Source: Candidatus Hodarchaeota archaeon
GTDB taxonomy: Archaea; Asgardarchaeota; Heimdallarchaeia; Hodarchaeales; Hodarchaeaceae
NCBI GenBank assembly: GCA_029856365.1
Contig: JAHQWW010000006.1
Location: forward strand, 1-64,000
Length of the DNA stretch: 64,000 bases
Direction: 5' to 3'
A program made the position numbers and the translations under genes. Below the pieces are notes generated by a model, which searched no databases, had not been told where the DNA came from, and saw nothing but the letters and a program-made list of their open reading frames with translations. How positions within the stretch are numbered: position 1 is the first letter of the stretch; every line of letters begins with the position of its first letter. Of the stretch, positions 21,299 to 33,027 are shown one piece after another.

Positions 21299-21487
21299 AT
21301 GTTGAACGAAATTATAGTAAGTGTTGTATCGGCCTGCTTGGATATATTTCTATCTGTACAATTTGGGGCTTTTTTAATAGCTTTAGGGTCTACAATCTAT
21401 GCTCCCACTGGTAATCGGATTGGAAAGTACTGTTTATTGTTTGGTTTTATCATTTTCACTCTCAATAATCTAATTATTGACATTTAA
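21299..21487 (+). CDS. Small two-TM membrane protein
   Basis: 62 aa, starts 4 bp after upstream gene. Confidence 0.55.
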   Translation: MLNEIIVSVVSACLDIFLSVQFGAFLIALGSTIYAPTGNRIGKYCLLFGFIIFTLNNLIIDI

Positions 21488-21563
21488 TCAGAAAAAATGA
21501 ATTGTTAAGCAGATCATTGTTTCTTACAAGGATATTGCATTGATGGGGATGAAATCATTTGAA

Positions 21564-22583
21564 TTATAGGATAAACTTGGTTTTACTCCTTTCAAAAACC
21601 TCTTTGAAGAGATTGTCCATCTTAAGCTTATGTGGAAGAGCTTTTGCTACTCTTCTAATTTTATTTATAATTTCCTTATCATAGGATTGAAATCGAGAAT
21701 GAAATAAAGAATCTAAAGGAGTCTGATTATATAGTAGAGATCGTTTACTTTCCAAGCAAAACGGTGGTACATCTAAAAGACTTGCAAGTGTAATTTTTTC
21801 TCTTGAAATGCTGTGATCTTTTAAGATTGTTTTCCATTCTAGGTCTCGTAAAAGATGATGATCAATGATCACATTTTCTATATCATTTACTGCCATTAAT
21901 CGCTCAAAGGCACGTTCTGTATCTTTAGTAGTCTGTTTAGGATGATAAGTTGAAGGCCCGTCAATGATTATCAAGTCAGCTGGATTTTCGTTAATAAATT
22001 TCAATGCTATGTCAGAACCAGGACCTACAATATCAGAACTGATCAGGACACTTTCATAGGAATCTGAAATCAAAACTGCAACTACCCATCCTTGTTTTGA
22101 ATGTAGTTTCCCGTGAGGTAAAGCTGCTGAAAAAACAATTCTGGTTCGGCCAAACACAAATGTATTACCATCAGCTACAAACAAGGGAATTCCATTACGT
22201 TTCCATAACCAGAATGCTCTTTTTTTCTGATTAAAATTTATGTTTTTTGTTGGATCTTTAGCTAAAATCTTCTTCTTCGGATGAGAATACAATGTATTAG
22301 CTATAGCTTTATTTGTAAACTCATATGGTCGATCTATACTTAATGAATAATGATCCGCGTGATAATGAGTTTGTATAATAATAGTAGCAAGTTCCCAAAA
22401 TTTCATGATATAGTGTCGAGAAAGATAAGAGGCTGCTATCTCCTGAATATGCGGAGGATAACCATTACGAAAGGGAGCAAGGGAAACCGATGGGTCAATT
22501 AAGATATTTTGATCTTCAGAAAGTATGAATAATGATAGTCCTCGAGTCCCTAAAGACTCTGATGCAATCGGAATCACCCGCAT
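21564..22583 (-). CDS. UPF0282-type metallo-beta-lactamase-fold hydrolase
   Basis: ASESLGTRG, IDPSVSLAP, THYHADH, IIDHHLLRD. Confidence 0.85.
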   Translation of the reverse strand: MRVIPIASESLGTRGLSLFILSEDQNILIDPSVSLAPFRNGYPPHIQEIAASYLSRHYIMKFWELATIIIQTHYHADHYSLSIDRPYEFTNKAIANTLYSHPKKKILAKDPTKNINFNQKKRAFWLWKRNGIPLFVADGNTFVFGRTRIVFSAALPHGKLHSKQGWVVAVLISDSYESVLISSDIVGPGSDIALKFINENPADLIIIDGPSTYHPKQTTKDTERAFERLMAVNDIENVIIDHHLLRDLEWKTILKDHSISREKITLASLLDVPPFCLESKRSLLYNQTPLDSLFHSRFQSYDKEIINKIRRVAKALPHKLKMDNLFKEVFERSKTKFIL

Positions 22584-23266
22584 TCATTCTTTCACCTTAA
22601 TCTGAACTAAATATTCTTAGGTTATTAAAATTGATAAAAATATATTCAATTTTTAATGTGGAACGACACTCTTAATAATATTTAATGTGTGGGGAGTAAA
22701 GAATTTAATATTGTTATCGTAAAATTTGGTAACCTAAGGAAGTGTAAGGAGTAATATCCCAAAACAAATAGTAAAAAGAAACTTTAAATACCATAAAGCC
22801 TCTTTAGATATGTTTTTGTCCATTTTTATATCAAGCAAAAGGTTATGGTTAATAACAATCGCTATTGTAGGAATAACATCCACTCAAACTACGATTAAAA
22901 GTATTTTAGTTTGAAATGGGCATTTTCATTATAAATAAAAAGGTCCTTCTAAATCAGGTTGTATGTATAAAATTACAAAAAAGTTTAATGAAGTGTTTAT
23001 TGATCTGATTCAGTCTTCTCCTCTTGAGTATGTTAACATTAATCAGCGTGGTTGACATAAGAGAGTATAGTAGCTCATAGTTCTCTTCCTCTGAGTTACT
23101 AGCTCACAATATAATTTGAGAATCATTAACGTTAAAATACATAAGCATTTTCGCTTTAGTTAAGTAATTTTCATATTTCTTACCAACTCCTCTCCTGAAA
23201 AACCCATAAATCTTCTCTAAATTCTGTAACATGTTCTAGCTGTAAATATTGCTGGGAGACTATCTG

Positions 23267-25954
23267 ATGTGGACACCTGAGCTAAAAAAAATTAACCAAA
23301 TTCAATTTGGAATTCTTTCACCAGATGAAATCAGAAAGATGGCAGTTACAAAAATCATTACTGCTGATACTTACAACGAGGATGGAACACCCATTGAAGG
23401 TGGATTGATAGATCGTCGTCTTGGCACAATTGAACCTGGTCAACGTTGTAAGACCTGTGGAAATCAAGTGGGAGATTGTCCAGGACACTTTGGTATGATA
23501 GAACTTGCAAGACCAGTCATCCATGTTGGATACGCTAAATCAATAATTTACAAACTACTTCGTTCAACATGCAGAGCATGTTCACGAATTCTATTAGATT
23601 CACTTACTATAAAAAAATATCAACGATTGATTGAGAAAGCAGCCAAAGAAGAAGATATTAAGACCACTTCTGAAATAATCAAGGAAGTAGTTAAAGAAGC
23701 AAGGAAAAAATCCGAATGCCCTCATTGCAGCCAACCTCAGTTTAAAATAAAGTATGAAAAACCAACTAGCTTTTACGAAGAAACACCCGAAGGATCCGTC
23801 CGAATAACACCTTCAGAAATCCAAAAACGATTTGAAGGAATTCAAACACAGGATTTAAACCTATTAGGTATTGATGCAACCCATTCTCGACCAGAATGGA
23901 TGATATTATCTGTTTTACCAGTACCTCCTGTATCTGTTCGCGCTTCGATAACATTAGAATCAGGTGTACGAAGTGAAGATGACCTCACACATAAACTAGT
24001 AGATATAATAAGGATAAATCAAAGATTAAGAGAAAATATTGAAGCTGGAGCTCCGCAGCTTATTGTAGAAGACCTATGGGAGCTTTTACAATATCACGTC
24101 ACAACTTTCATGGATAATGAAGTCGCAGGAATTCCACCAGCAAGACACAGATCGGGCCGTGCATTAAGAACACTAACTCAAAGATTGAGAGGGAAAGAAG
24201 GACGTTTTCGAGGAAATTTATCTGGAAAAAGAGTTGACTTCTCTGCAAGGACAGTTGTTTCTCCCGACCCCAACATTTCTATAAATGAAGTAGGGGTTCC
24301 TGAACAAATCGCTAAAATTTTAACTGTTCCTGAGAGAGTAACGGAATGGAATATTGAGGAAATGAAAGAATTAGTGATGAATGGTCCCAATCCAGAGATA
24401 AATGAGAAAACAGGAGTTTCTAAAACAGGATCCAATTATATTATCAGACCAGATGGTAAAAGAATTGACTTAAGATTTGTTGGAGATTTAAATAACACCG
24501 CAGAGATGATCGATCAAGGTTTCATTGTTGAACGTCACTTACGAGACGGTGACATGGTTCTCTTTAACAGACAACCATCTCTTCATCGTATGTCTATTAT
24601 GGCTCATGAAGTTCGTGTAATGCCCTTTAAGACCTTTAGATTACATCTATGTGTATGTACACCCTACAATGCCGATTTTGATGGAGATGAAATGAATCTT
24701 CATGTGCCCCAAAGTGAAGAGGCTCGGGCAGAAACCCGTGTTTTGATGAGAGTCCAAGAACAGATACTTTCTCCTAGATATGGTGGTCCAATTATTGGAG
24801 CCCTTCATGATTATGTTTCTGCATCGTTTTTACTTACACGAAAGAAAACATTAATTTCAAAAGAAGATGTCTGGCAACTATTACTGGCAGGAAAGTATGA
24901 AAGGGAACTTCCATTGCCAGCAATTGCATATCCTACAGAATTGTGGACTGGAAAACAAGTTTTTAGCTTATTATTGCCTTCAGATGTCAATGTTACAGCC
25001 AAATCCCGAACTTGTCGAAAACATGATGTTTGTAAGGGAGAGCTCTGCGAATACGACAGCTCAATCTATATTAGATCAGGCCAGTTACTCTCTGGGGTCA
25101 TTGATCGACGAGCAATAGGTGCAGATGAGTCAGAAAGTGTTTTACACGTTGTAGTTAAAGATCATGGAAGTGACAGAGCTAGAGAGTTCTTGGATTCTCT
25201 AACTCAAATGCTCTTGGAATTTCTCTCTCATGAAGGATTTAGTTTGGGGTTTTCTAACGTCAATATGCCAGAAGAAGGTAAGAAAAGGATTAAAGCATTA
25301 ATCGCAGAGAATGAAAAAACAGCAGATGAAATAATTGAAGCTTATCACAGGGGAGAACTAGAACCTCTTCCTGGTAAATCCCTTGAAGAAACTTTAGAAA
25401 TGCGTATCATGAGTGTTCTAGCCAAAGCTAGGGATAGCGCGGGTAGCGTAGCGAACGATTACATGGGAATTTCAAATTCAGCGGTTGTAATGGCTTCAAC
25501 TGGGGCAAAAGGAACTCAACTCAATATTGCCCAAATGGCTGCATGTGTTGGGCAGCAATCAATTCGAGGAGAAAGGATATTGAGAGGGTATCGTAAACGA
25601 TCTCTACCACATTTCAGAAAAAATGACATTGGACCAGTTGCACGGGGTTTTGTTCGTTCCAATTATAGAACAGGACTATCTCCCACGGAATTTTTTTTCC
25701 ATGCTCAAGGAGGGCGCGAGGGGTTAGTTGATACCGCAGTTCGAACCTCAACTAGCGGGTATCTCCAACGGAGATTGGTGAATGCTTTACAAGATCTCCA
25801 TGTCAATTACGATATAATAGTCCGAACAACCGAAGGAGATGTAGTTCAATTACGTTATGGAGAAGATGGAGTGGATCCAATGAAATCGTACCATGGTAGA
25901 CCTGTAGATATCGATGCTATTATTGAAGAAGTTCTTTCAACAGAAGAAGATTAA
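23267..25954 (+). CDS. rpoA1: RNA polymerase subunit Rpo1N (A')
   Basis: NADFDGDEMNLH catalytic motif, CPGHFG, GKRVDFSAR. Confidence 0.99.
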   Translation: MWTPELKKINQIQFGILSPDEIRKMAVTKIITADTYNEDGTPIEGGLIDRRLGTIEPGQRCKTCGNQVGDCPGHFGMIELARPVIHVGYAKSIIYKLLRSTCRACSRILLDSLTIKKYQRLIEKAAKEEDIKTTSEIIKEVVKEARKKSECPHCSQPQFKIKYEKPTSFYEETPEGSVRITPSEIQKRFEGIQTQDLNLLGIDATHSRPEWMILSVLPVPPVSVRASITLESGVRSEDDLTHKLVDIIRINQRLRENIEAGAPQLIVEDLWELLQYHVTTFMDNEVAGIPPARHRSGRALRTLTQRLRGKEGRFRGNLSGKRVDFSARTVVSPDPNISINEVGVPEQIAKILTVPERVTEWNIEEMKELVMNGPNPEINEKTGVSKTGSNYIIRPDGKRIDLRFVGDLNNTAEMIDQGFIVERHLRDGDMVLFNRQPSLHRMSIMAHEVRVMPFKTFRLHLCVCTPYNADFDGDEMNLHVPQSEEARAETRVLMRVQEQILSPRYGGPIIGALHDYVSASFLLTRKKTLISKEDVWQLLLAGKYERELPLPAIAYPTELWTGKQVFSLLLPSDVNVTAKSRTCRKHDVCKGELCEYDSSIYIRSGQLLSGVIDRRAIGADESESVLHVVVKDHGSDRAREFLDSLTQMLLEFLSHEGFSLGFSNVNMPEEGKKRIKALIAENEKTADEIIEAYHRGELEPLPGKSLEETLEMRIMSVLAKARDSAGSVANDYMGISNSAVVMASTGAKGTQLNIAQMAACVGQQSIRGERILRGYRKRSLPHFRKNDIGPVARGFVRSNYRTGLSPTEFFFHAQGGREGLVDTAVRTSTSGYLQRRLVNALQDLHVNYDIIVRTTEGDVVQLRYGEDGVDPMKSYHGRPVDIDAIIEEVLSTEED

Positions 25955-27160
<1,206 letters not shown>

Positions 27161-27162
27161 TC

Positions 27163-27462
27163 ATGAAACAAGAATTGGAAAAAGCCATTAGCATGGCTGT
27201 AAGTACAGGGAAAGTGAAATTAGGGTATAATGCTGCAATTAAAAGCGTTTTAAGTGGTAAAGTTAAAGTAACAATAATTTCAGCCAACCTCCCATTAGAT
27301 TCTAAAGATATTTTATTACGGAATTGCGAACTCTCACAGATACCTATTATACAATATGAAAAAACTAGTTTCGATCTGGGTGCTGCATGTGGACGTCCCC
27401 ATATGGTTTCTACAATAGCAATCTTAGATCCAGGAAATTCTAAAATACTGGATTATCTATAA
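27163..27462 (+). CDS. rpl30e: 50S ribosomal protein eL30
   Basis: TGKVKLG, DLGAACGRPH, DPGNSKI; conserved position. Confidence 0.96.
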   Translation: MKQELEKAISMAVSTGKVKLGYNAAIKSVLSGKVKVTIISANLPLDSKDILLRNCELSQIPIIQYEKTSFDLGAACGRPHMVSTIAILDPGNSKILDYL

Positions 27463-27476
27463 TAGGATGTATTTTA

Positions 27477-27917
27477 TTGTCAAATATTCGCATGTCTCAG
27501 GAAGAGCTTCGCTTTATTTCCATTCTTGAAGGTCTTACAGGTGCGCTTGCTGTTGATTGTATTTGGGATAAATCCGAAACTAGAGTGATTTTTGTGGTTC
27601 GTCGTAATGATACAGGAAAAGTGATAGGTCGTGGAGGAACAACCATTAGGCGTCTTCGTGAACATTTCCATAAGCAAATTGATATTGTCGAATATTCTGA
27701 AAATTTAGAGATTTTTGCTGCAAATACACTAGCACCTGCTAAAACGAAGAATGTAGAAATTCATGAAAAATCAGGAAAGAAAACCGTTGTAGTAACGGTT
27801 ATTCCAAAAGAAAGAGGAAAAGCAATTGGTAAGAATGGTAGAAATATCCAAAGATCGCGACTTTTAATGAAAAGACACTTTGGAGTCAATAATGTAATCA
27901 TCCAAAGCCCTCCTTAG
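27477..27917 (+). CDS. nusA: Archaeal NusA (KH domains)
   Basis: VIGRGG, AIGKNGRNI; between rpl30e and rps12. Confidence 0.93.
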   Translation: MSNIRMSQEELRFISILEGLTGALAVDCIWDKSETRVIFVVRRNDTGKVIGRGGTTIRRLREHFHKQIDIVEYSENLEIFAANTLAPAKTKNVEIHEKSGKKTVVVTVIPKERGKAIGKNGRNIQRSRLLMKRHFGVNNVIIQSPP

Positions 27918-28058
27918 AATGAAAATAATCAATTTGCAATACAAAACCTTTCTTATAAGAAATCAAAAAAAGAAACAGAGACTCCTATTTGCTTCAAAGA
28001 CCAGTTTACATTGTTTGATGATACAAATTAAGGAATTATTTGAATTAGGCGAAGAAAT

Positions 28059-28502
28059 ATGACGGGATTAAAATCACCACGAGGAGAATTTGCTGCAAAC
28101 AAGTTAATACGGAAACGAAAGAAGTTTCGTTGGAAAAGCACAATATATAAAAGAAAAGTACTCCGTTTGAAGGAAAAATTCGACCCTTTAGAAGGAGCTC
28201 CGCAAGCGCGGGGAATTGTTATCGAAAAAGTAGGAATTGAATCAAAACAACCCAATTCTGCAATTAGAAAATGTGTTAGAGTCCAACTTATAAAAAATGG
28301 AAAACAAGTTACTGCTTTCGTTCCTGGTGATGGGGGTCTATTATTTATCGATGAGCACGATGAAATAATAATAGAAGGGATTGGTGGAGCAAAAGGTGGT
28401 GCTATAGGTGATCTACCAGGCGTGAGATATAAAGTGGTTCACGTAAATGGAGTTAGTCTCAGTGCTTTACTCTCGGGAAAAAAAGAGAAACCAATGCGGT
28501 AA
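28059..28502 (+). CDS. rps12: 30S ribosomal protein uS12
   Basis: [25 protein letters not shown]. Confidence 0.98.
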   Translation: MTGLKSPRGEFAANKLIRKRKKFRWKSTIYKRKVLRLKEKFDPLEGAPQARGIVIEKVGIESKQPNSAIRKCVRVQLIKNGKQVTAFVPGDGGLLFIDEHDEIIIEGIGGAKGGAIGDLPGVRYKVVHVNGVSLSALLSGKKEKPMR

Positions 28503-28583
28503 CACTGGCCTTCTTTCTCATGAAAAAATGGTTTAAGCTAATGGATTATCCAGTCTCATTCTACATAGGATATTGGTTTTTTC

Positions 28584-29273
28584 ATGTCAGCTATTCCTAA
28601 ATCAAGCTATAGAATCATCACGCCTGTAAATTTCTCTTGGTCTTTGAAGCAAATCGAATTATATCGAAAAATCATTGCTTTTGTCAAACAAATTGATAGT
28701 TTTAGATCACCTAAAGTCTTATTAGAACAATATTCATTGCCAGCGCAGCTCATAGCTTTCATTCTAGTTTGTGTAGAAAAAGATCTAATGAATCAGAGAA
28801 TTGTTGAATTTGGATCAGGCACAGGGAGAATCAGTCTACCATTATTAAAATTCTTTTCCGCACATTTACTTTGTGTAGATATAGATTCTGAGACAATGCA
28901 TGGTTTGAAAAGGCTTCTCAAATCAGAAAAACTCGATGCAGAGCTGTTATTATCAGCTATTGAATTCCTCGAAACTTATTCTTGGAAGGATTCTTATGAA
29001 GTAACTATTATGAATCCACCCTTTGGTACAAAACGGAGGGGTATTGACATTGTATTTTTAGAAAAAGCATTGATTTTTTCAAAAAAAGTAATTTCTATTC
29101 ATAAATCAAATCGAGAATCACGAAGGCTCATTGATAGGATCAGTCGAAACTACAATAAATCATGTGAAATATTAGCGACTTTGGAATTCCCGATTCCACC
29201 TTTATATGTGTTTCATAAAAAAAAGAGTCATTATGTTGATGTTGATGTCTACAGGATCAGTGAAATAATATAA
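28584..29273 (+). CDS. METTL5-family N6-adenine RNA methyltransferase
   Basis: LEQY, EFGSGTG, MNPPFGTK, IDIVFLEKA. Confidence 0.85.
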   Translation: MSAIPKSSYRIITPVNFSWSLKQIELYRKIIAFVKQIDSFRSPKVLLEQYSLPAQLIAFILVCVEKDLMNQRIVEFGSGTGRISLPLLKFFSAHLLCVDIDSETMHGLKRLLKSEKLDAELLLSAIEFLETYSWKDSYEVTIMNPPFGTKRRGIDIVFLEKALIFSKKVISIHKSNRESRRLIDRISRNYNKSCEILATLEFPIPPLYVFHKKKSHYVDVDVYRISEII

Positions 29274-29751
29274 AATCTGACATTCTCTTAAATAACTGAA
29301 GAAAATTCAAAATAGTAAATTTTACAGTTCAATAATCTTTTTAATTAGGTTAGTTTTAGGATTTTCACTCATCTCTTCCATAAATACAGGTAAAATACCT
29401 GTAAGATCAGAGCTAGGGAGTTCCAATCTTTACACAGAAGAGGTCTTTGAAGAGCTCGTTTCACCTTTGCTTTGTTATTGTATAAATATCCTTTCTTTGA
29501 AGGTTTTCAAGCTATAATTAAGGGATGATTCATCTTAATTCTATTTTAACAATAAATTCCGTATTTGCTAAAAAAAAAGTAAAGCTCGAATAGCTTCGTT
29601 ATAGGTCAAAGAAAAATTTACCAATATAATTCCTGAGTCCATTATTATGGAGATCTTGTGTCTTTGGTAGAGATGAGAGAACAAATAATGTCCTCACCTG
29701 CTTATGTACTCGAATCATATTAAAAAGCGATAATAGATAGTACTATTAGGA

Positions 29752-30369
29752 ATGATCATGAATAATAATAAGAAATTTGACGCTGATAATGATTGGGTTT
29801 TACCAGGTGACAAGATTGCTGTTATAGAGGAGTTCTTACCAGATGAAACCTGTTATGAACAAGATGGAAGCATTTATTCAAAAATCGTTGGTCGAGTAGT
29901 GACGGATCCTAAAAAACATAAAATATCTGTGATTCCTAAACATCCGCACCGCACAATAAAGAATGGTGATGTTGGATTGGGACGTGTAGAATTCATGAAA
30001 AAACAAATAGCATCTGTTAATATATATCATCTAAATAAAGAAAACCTTTCTATCCCAATAAGTGCTGTGTTGCATATATCAGAAGCTTCTCGACGTTTTG
30101 TGAAGAATATGTATGAGGTGACGCGACCAGGAGATTGGCTTAGGTTCCGAATAATTAGAGCGGTAAAACCAGTTTATATTAGTTTGATTGGGGATGGATT
30201 GGGTGTTGTAATTTCCTATTGTATCCAATGTGGCCATGAACTAGAATACAAAAGACGAAATAGATTAGAATGCCCGAATTGTGAAACTCCTCAATCAAGA
30301 ATCACGTCAAAATATTTTGGCAAATCATTAATTCGTAATTTGAGGCCATCAAGGAATGAAGCCAGATGA
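29752..30369 (+). CDS. csl4: Exosome cap subunit Csl4
   Basis: VLPGD..EEF, LHISE, LGVV + C-terminal Zn ribbon. Confidence 0.9.
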   Translation: MIMNNNKKFDADNDWVLPGDKIAVIEEFLPDETCYEQDGSIYSKIVGRVVTDPKKHKISVIPKHPHRTIKNGDVGLGRVEFMKKQIASVNIYHLNKENLSIPISAVLHISEASRRFVKNMYEVTRPGDWLRFRIIRAVKPVYISLIGDGLGVVISYCIQCGHELEYKRRNRLECPNCETPQSRITSKYFGKSLIRNLRPSRNEAR

Positions 30370-31186
30370 TAAGAAGATATGGGATATAGGTCTAAACGAA
30401 GACCGATGGCGAAAAAGAAAAAAAAGATCTGAAGATTTTCAGACCGTTGATGCAGTGATTGACCTGAATACTGCAAAACAGTTGAAACGGTTGCAAAATA
30501 ATAGATTTATTGATTCAATTACTGGAACTATTGCTTCTGGAAAAGAATCTGGTGTCTTTTTGGCTGAGCTCGGATCAAAGGGAAAGGAATATTGTAAAGC
30601 GTATTCAATAAGCTCACCTATTGTTGTGAAGATATTCCGTACAAGTACACTTAATTTCAAGCAAATAATCCGTTATATTTCTGGTGATAGAAGGTTTCGT
30701 AAACATAGTAAAAAAATCCATCACATCATAAACCTTTGGGTTGAGAAAGAATATAGTAATCTCCAGCGAAGTTCATTAGCAGGAATTAATGTTCCAAAGC
30801 CTATTTTAGCAAAGAATAATATTCTACTGATGGAACTTCTAGGAAAAGATGGAAAACCATATCCTTTACTGAAATTCACGCCAAAGGCATATACAAGATC
30901 CACATTAACTCAGATACTGAATCAAACTAAACTTCTTTTCCGACGGGCGGGCCTTGTACATGCTGATTTATCACCCTTCAACATTATAATGGTAGATCAG
31001 ACACCTTATTTCATAGATATGAGTCAAAGTATTCTAATTTCGCATCCAAGGGCTTTAGAATTTCTCAAACGAGATCTGAGAAATGTTCTTTCCTCCTTTA
31101 AAATGAAAGGTTTGTCGGTCCCTAATGAAAAAAAGCTATTTGATGAAATGACTGTTGATTTTCCTGATAAAAATCTTATACTGTAA
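30356..31186 (+). CDS. rio1: RIO1 kinase
   Basis: ASGKES, VVKIF, WVEKEYSNL, LVHADLSPFNI, IDMSQS. Confidence 0.93.
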   Translation: MKPDDKKIWDIGLNEDRWRKRKKRSEDFQTVDAVIDLNTAKQLKRLQNNRFIDSITGTIASGKESGVFLAELGSKGKEYCKAYSISSPIVVKIFRTSTLNFKQIIRYISGDRRFRKHSKKIHHIINLWVEKEYSNLQRSSLAGINVPKPILAKNNILLMELLGKDGKPYPLLKFTPKAYTRSTLTQILNQTKLLFRRAGLVHADLSPFNIIMVDQTPYFIDMSQSILISHPRALEFLKRDLRNVLSSFKMKGLSVPNEKKLFDEMTVDFPDKNLIL

Positions 31187-31230
31187 ACCTACTAATAGAG
31201 TTGAAGGGCTTTTAAGGGGAAATAAACCGA

Positions 31231-31797
31231 ATGGTAATAGAAAGTCACTTAAAAATTCCAAAAAGTCGAATTGGGGTGGTGATTGGGAGAAAAGGTACGG
31301 TGAAATCAGAAATAGAATCTATTACAGGTGTTTCCATTCGAATTAATAGTGAAGACGGTTCAGTTCACATATCATCAACTTCAGATATGACAGATCCTAC
31401 ATTTATATGGAAAGCTCGAGATATTGTCAAAGCAATCGGTAGAGGTTTCAGTGCGGAAAAAGCTTTCTATTTATTAGACGATGATATCTTTCTAGAGACC
31501 ATTGAGCTAGCAGGATCGAAAAATACAATTAAAAGAATTAAAGCCCGTATTATTGGAGAGAAGGGAAAAGCAAGAAAGATGATTGAGGCTAGTACTGAAG
31601 TAATGATTTCTATTTTTGGTAATCAGGTTTCACTCATTGGAGAAATTTCAGAAATCAAAAATGCAAGAGAAGCTATTATGCAGCTAGTTCATGGCTCGAA
31701 ACATGGTACCGTCTATCGTTATCTAGAGCAATTACGATTTAGATCTAAACAGGAACCTCAAAAAATTTGGAAGAACCGTCATCTCGATGAAAATTGA
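31231..31797 (+). CDS. Dim2/Pno1 KH-domain ribosome biogenesis protein
   Basis: IGVVIGRKG, KAIGRGFS, RIIGEKGK, GSKHGTVY. Confidence 0.92.
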   Translation: MVIESHLKIPKSRIGVVIGRKGTVKSEIESITGVSIRINSEDGSVHISSTSDMTDPTFIWKARDIVKAIGRGFSAEKAFYLLDDDIFLETIELAGSKNTIKRIKARIIGEKGKARKMIEASTEVMISIFGNQVSLIGEISEIKNAREAIMQLVHGSKHGTVYRYLEQLRFRSKQEPQKIWKNRHLDEN

Positions 31798-31840
31798 AAA
31801 ATTTTTAAGAAAATTAATATTTCAACGTTCTGGATATTTA

Positions 31841-31915
31841 GGGCCGATAGCTCAGCCTGGAAGTAGCGCCTGGCTTGCAATCAGGAGGTCGTGGGTTCAA
31901 ATCCCATTCGGTCCA
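31841..31915 (+). tRNA. tRNA-Ala(UGC), intronless
   Basis: Cloverleaf, cctgg-ct-TGC-aa-tcagg, G3:U70 pair. Confidence 0.93.
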
Positions 31916-32097
31916 CAATTTCTTTAGGAAAATCCCTGGAAACGCGTATAAATATGAATAAAGAATAAAAGGATCTATTATTGGCTTAAACTCGTTTTTT
32001 TCCCTCTTTAGTTTCTGAAAAGGAATAATACATGATTTTCAATCCTATATAACTGAGAATATTTCACCTCATTTCACAAGAAATAAAGTATTTCCAC

Positions 32098-32310
32098 TCA
32101 AGTAAATAAAGATCCTAACTCTTTTAGTAATTCATCAGCATTAAGTAAAAGCCAATCAAGAACTCCAGTCACGATTGATAAAATAAGTAAAAAGCCAAAT
32201 AGACTCAGTCCTATTAAAATTCCTTCTTCAACTAAAGGTGAAGCTCTTCTATCCCTTTTTAATCGTTTTAATAGAGAAATAACTCCTCTTTTTCCTGAAA
32301 TTGATTTCAT
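32098..32310 (-). CDS. Flp-like small type IV prepilin
   Basis: Basic leader ...LKRDRRA|SPLVE with Glu at +5 then ~20 hydrophobic residues (class III signal peptide); 47-aa mature peptide. Confidence 0.75.
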   Translation of the reverse strand: MKSISGKRGVISLLKRLKRDRRASPLVEEGILIGLSLFGFLLILSIVTGVLDWLLLNADELLKELGSLFT

Positions 32311-32426
32311 GGTTTCGCCAATCTACCTCTTCCCTTGCTCCTTTTAACCTCCCAAAAATTAGCAACAGAAATGTGATTTTTGGGTAATTAAAATAAAAAA
32401 TATTATTGGGAGTATTGGTGTGTATC

Positions 32427-33017
32427 ATGAGGCTATTACCACCAGATAATAATAAACCATTGAAAATTGTCATCTTAGGGGAAGGAGGAGTTGGAAAAAC
32501 AACTATATCAAAGACATTCATCAACAATTCGTTTTTCAGTAAAGCAAAACAAACAATTGCGGTAGAGTTTCATTCTAAAATACTTTCAAATTGTAAGAAC
32601 ACCTTTTGTAAGCTACAAATATGGGATCTAGGAGGACAAGAGCAATTTAAGAATATGGGAGTTTTTGAAGAGTTTTGTAAAGGCTCCGACGCAGCACTCT
32701 TATGTTTTGATCTGACAGATTTATCCTCCTTATTTTCTATCCCTGAATGGATTAGTTTTATCGAACCTCATGTACCCAAGTTTTTAATTGGTACAAAATC
32801 TGATATTGCGTCTTCTGAAGAGAGAAAATTTGACTTAATACCATTTCAGAAAAGATTTCAGTGTGTAACTTCATTTAAATGTTCAGTAAAGGATGTTATT
32901 TCCGTAATAGGAATTTTTGAAACAGTAATCGGATTTATTCAGAATATCCGAAGTGGTAGGGTTAAATTTCATTCCGATTTATCATTAGAGCTCTCAAAAC
33001 ATCTATTAATCTCTTAA
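32427..33017 (+). CDS. Ras-superfamily (Rab-like) small GTPase
   Basis: G1 GEGGVGKT, G2 TIAVEF, G3 WDLGGQE, G4 TKSD, G5 CSVK; no C-terminal Cys. Confidence 0.92.
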   Translation: MRLLPPDNNKPLKIVILGEGGVGKTTISKTFINNSFFSKAKQTIAVEFHSKILSNCKNTFCKLQIWDLGGQEQFKNMGVFEEFCKGSDAALLCFDLTDLSSLFSIPEWISFIEPHVPKFLIGTKSDIASSEERKFDLIPFQKRFQCVTSFKCSVKDVISVIGIFETVIGFIQNIRSGRVKFHSDLSLELSKHLLIS

Positions 33018-33027
33018 GGCGATTTTA

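Noticed and set aside
29385-29403. 8-bp hairpin tacaggta/tacctgta
   Set aside because: Short, isolated and not repeated in the window
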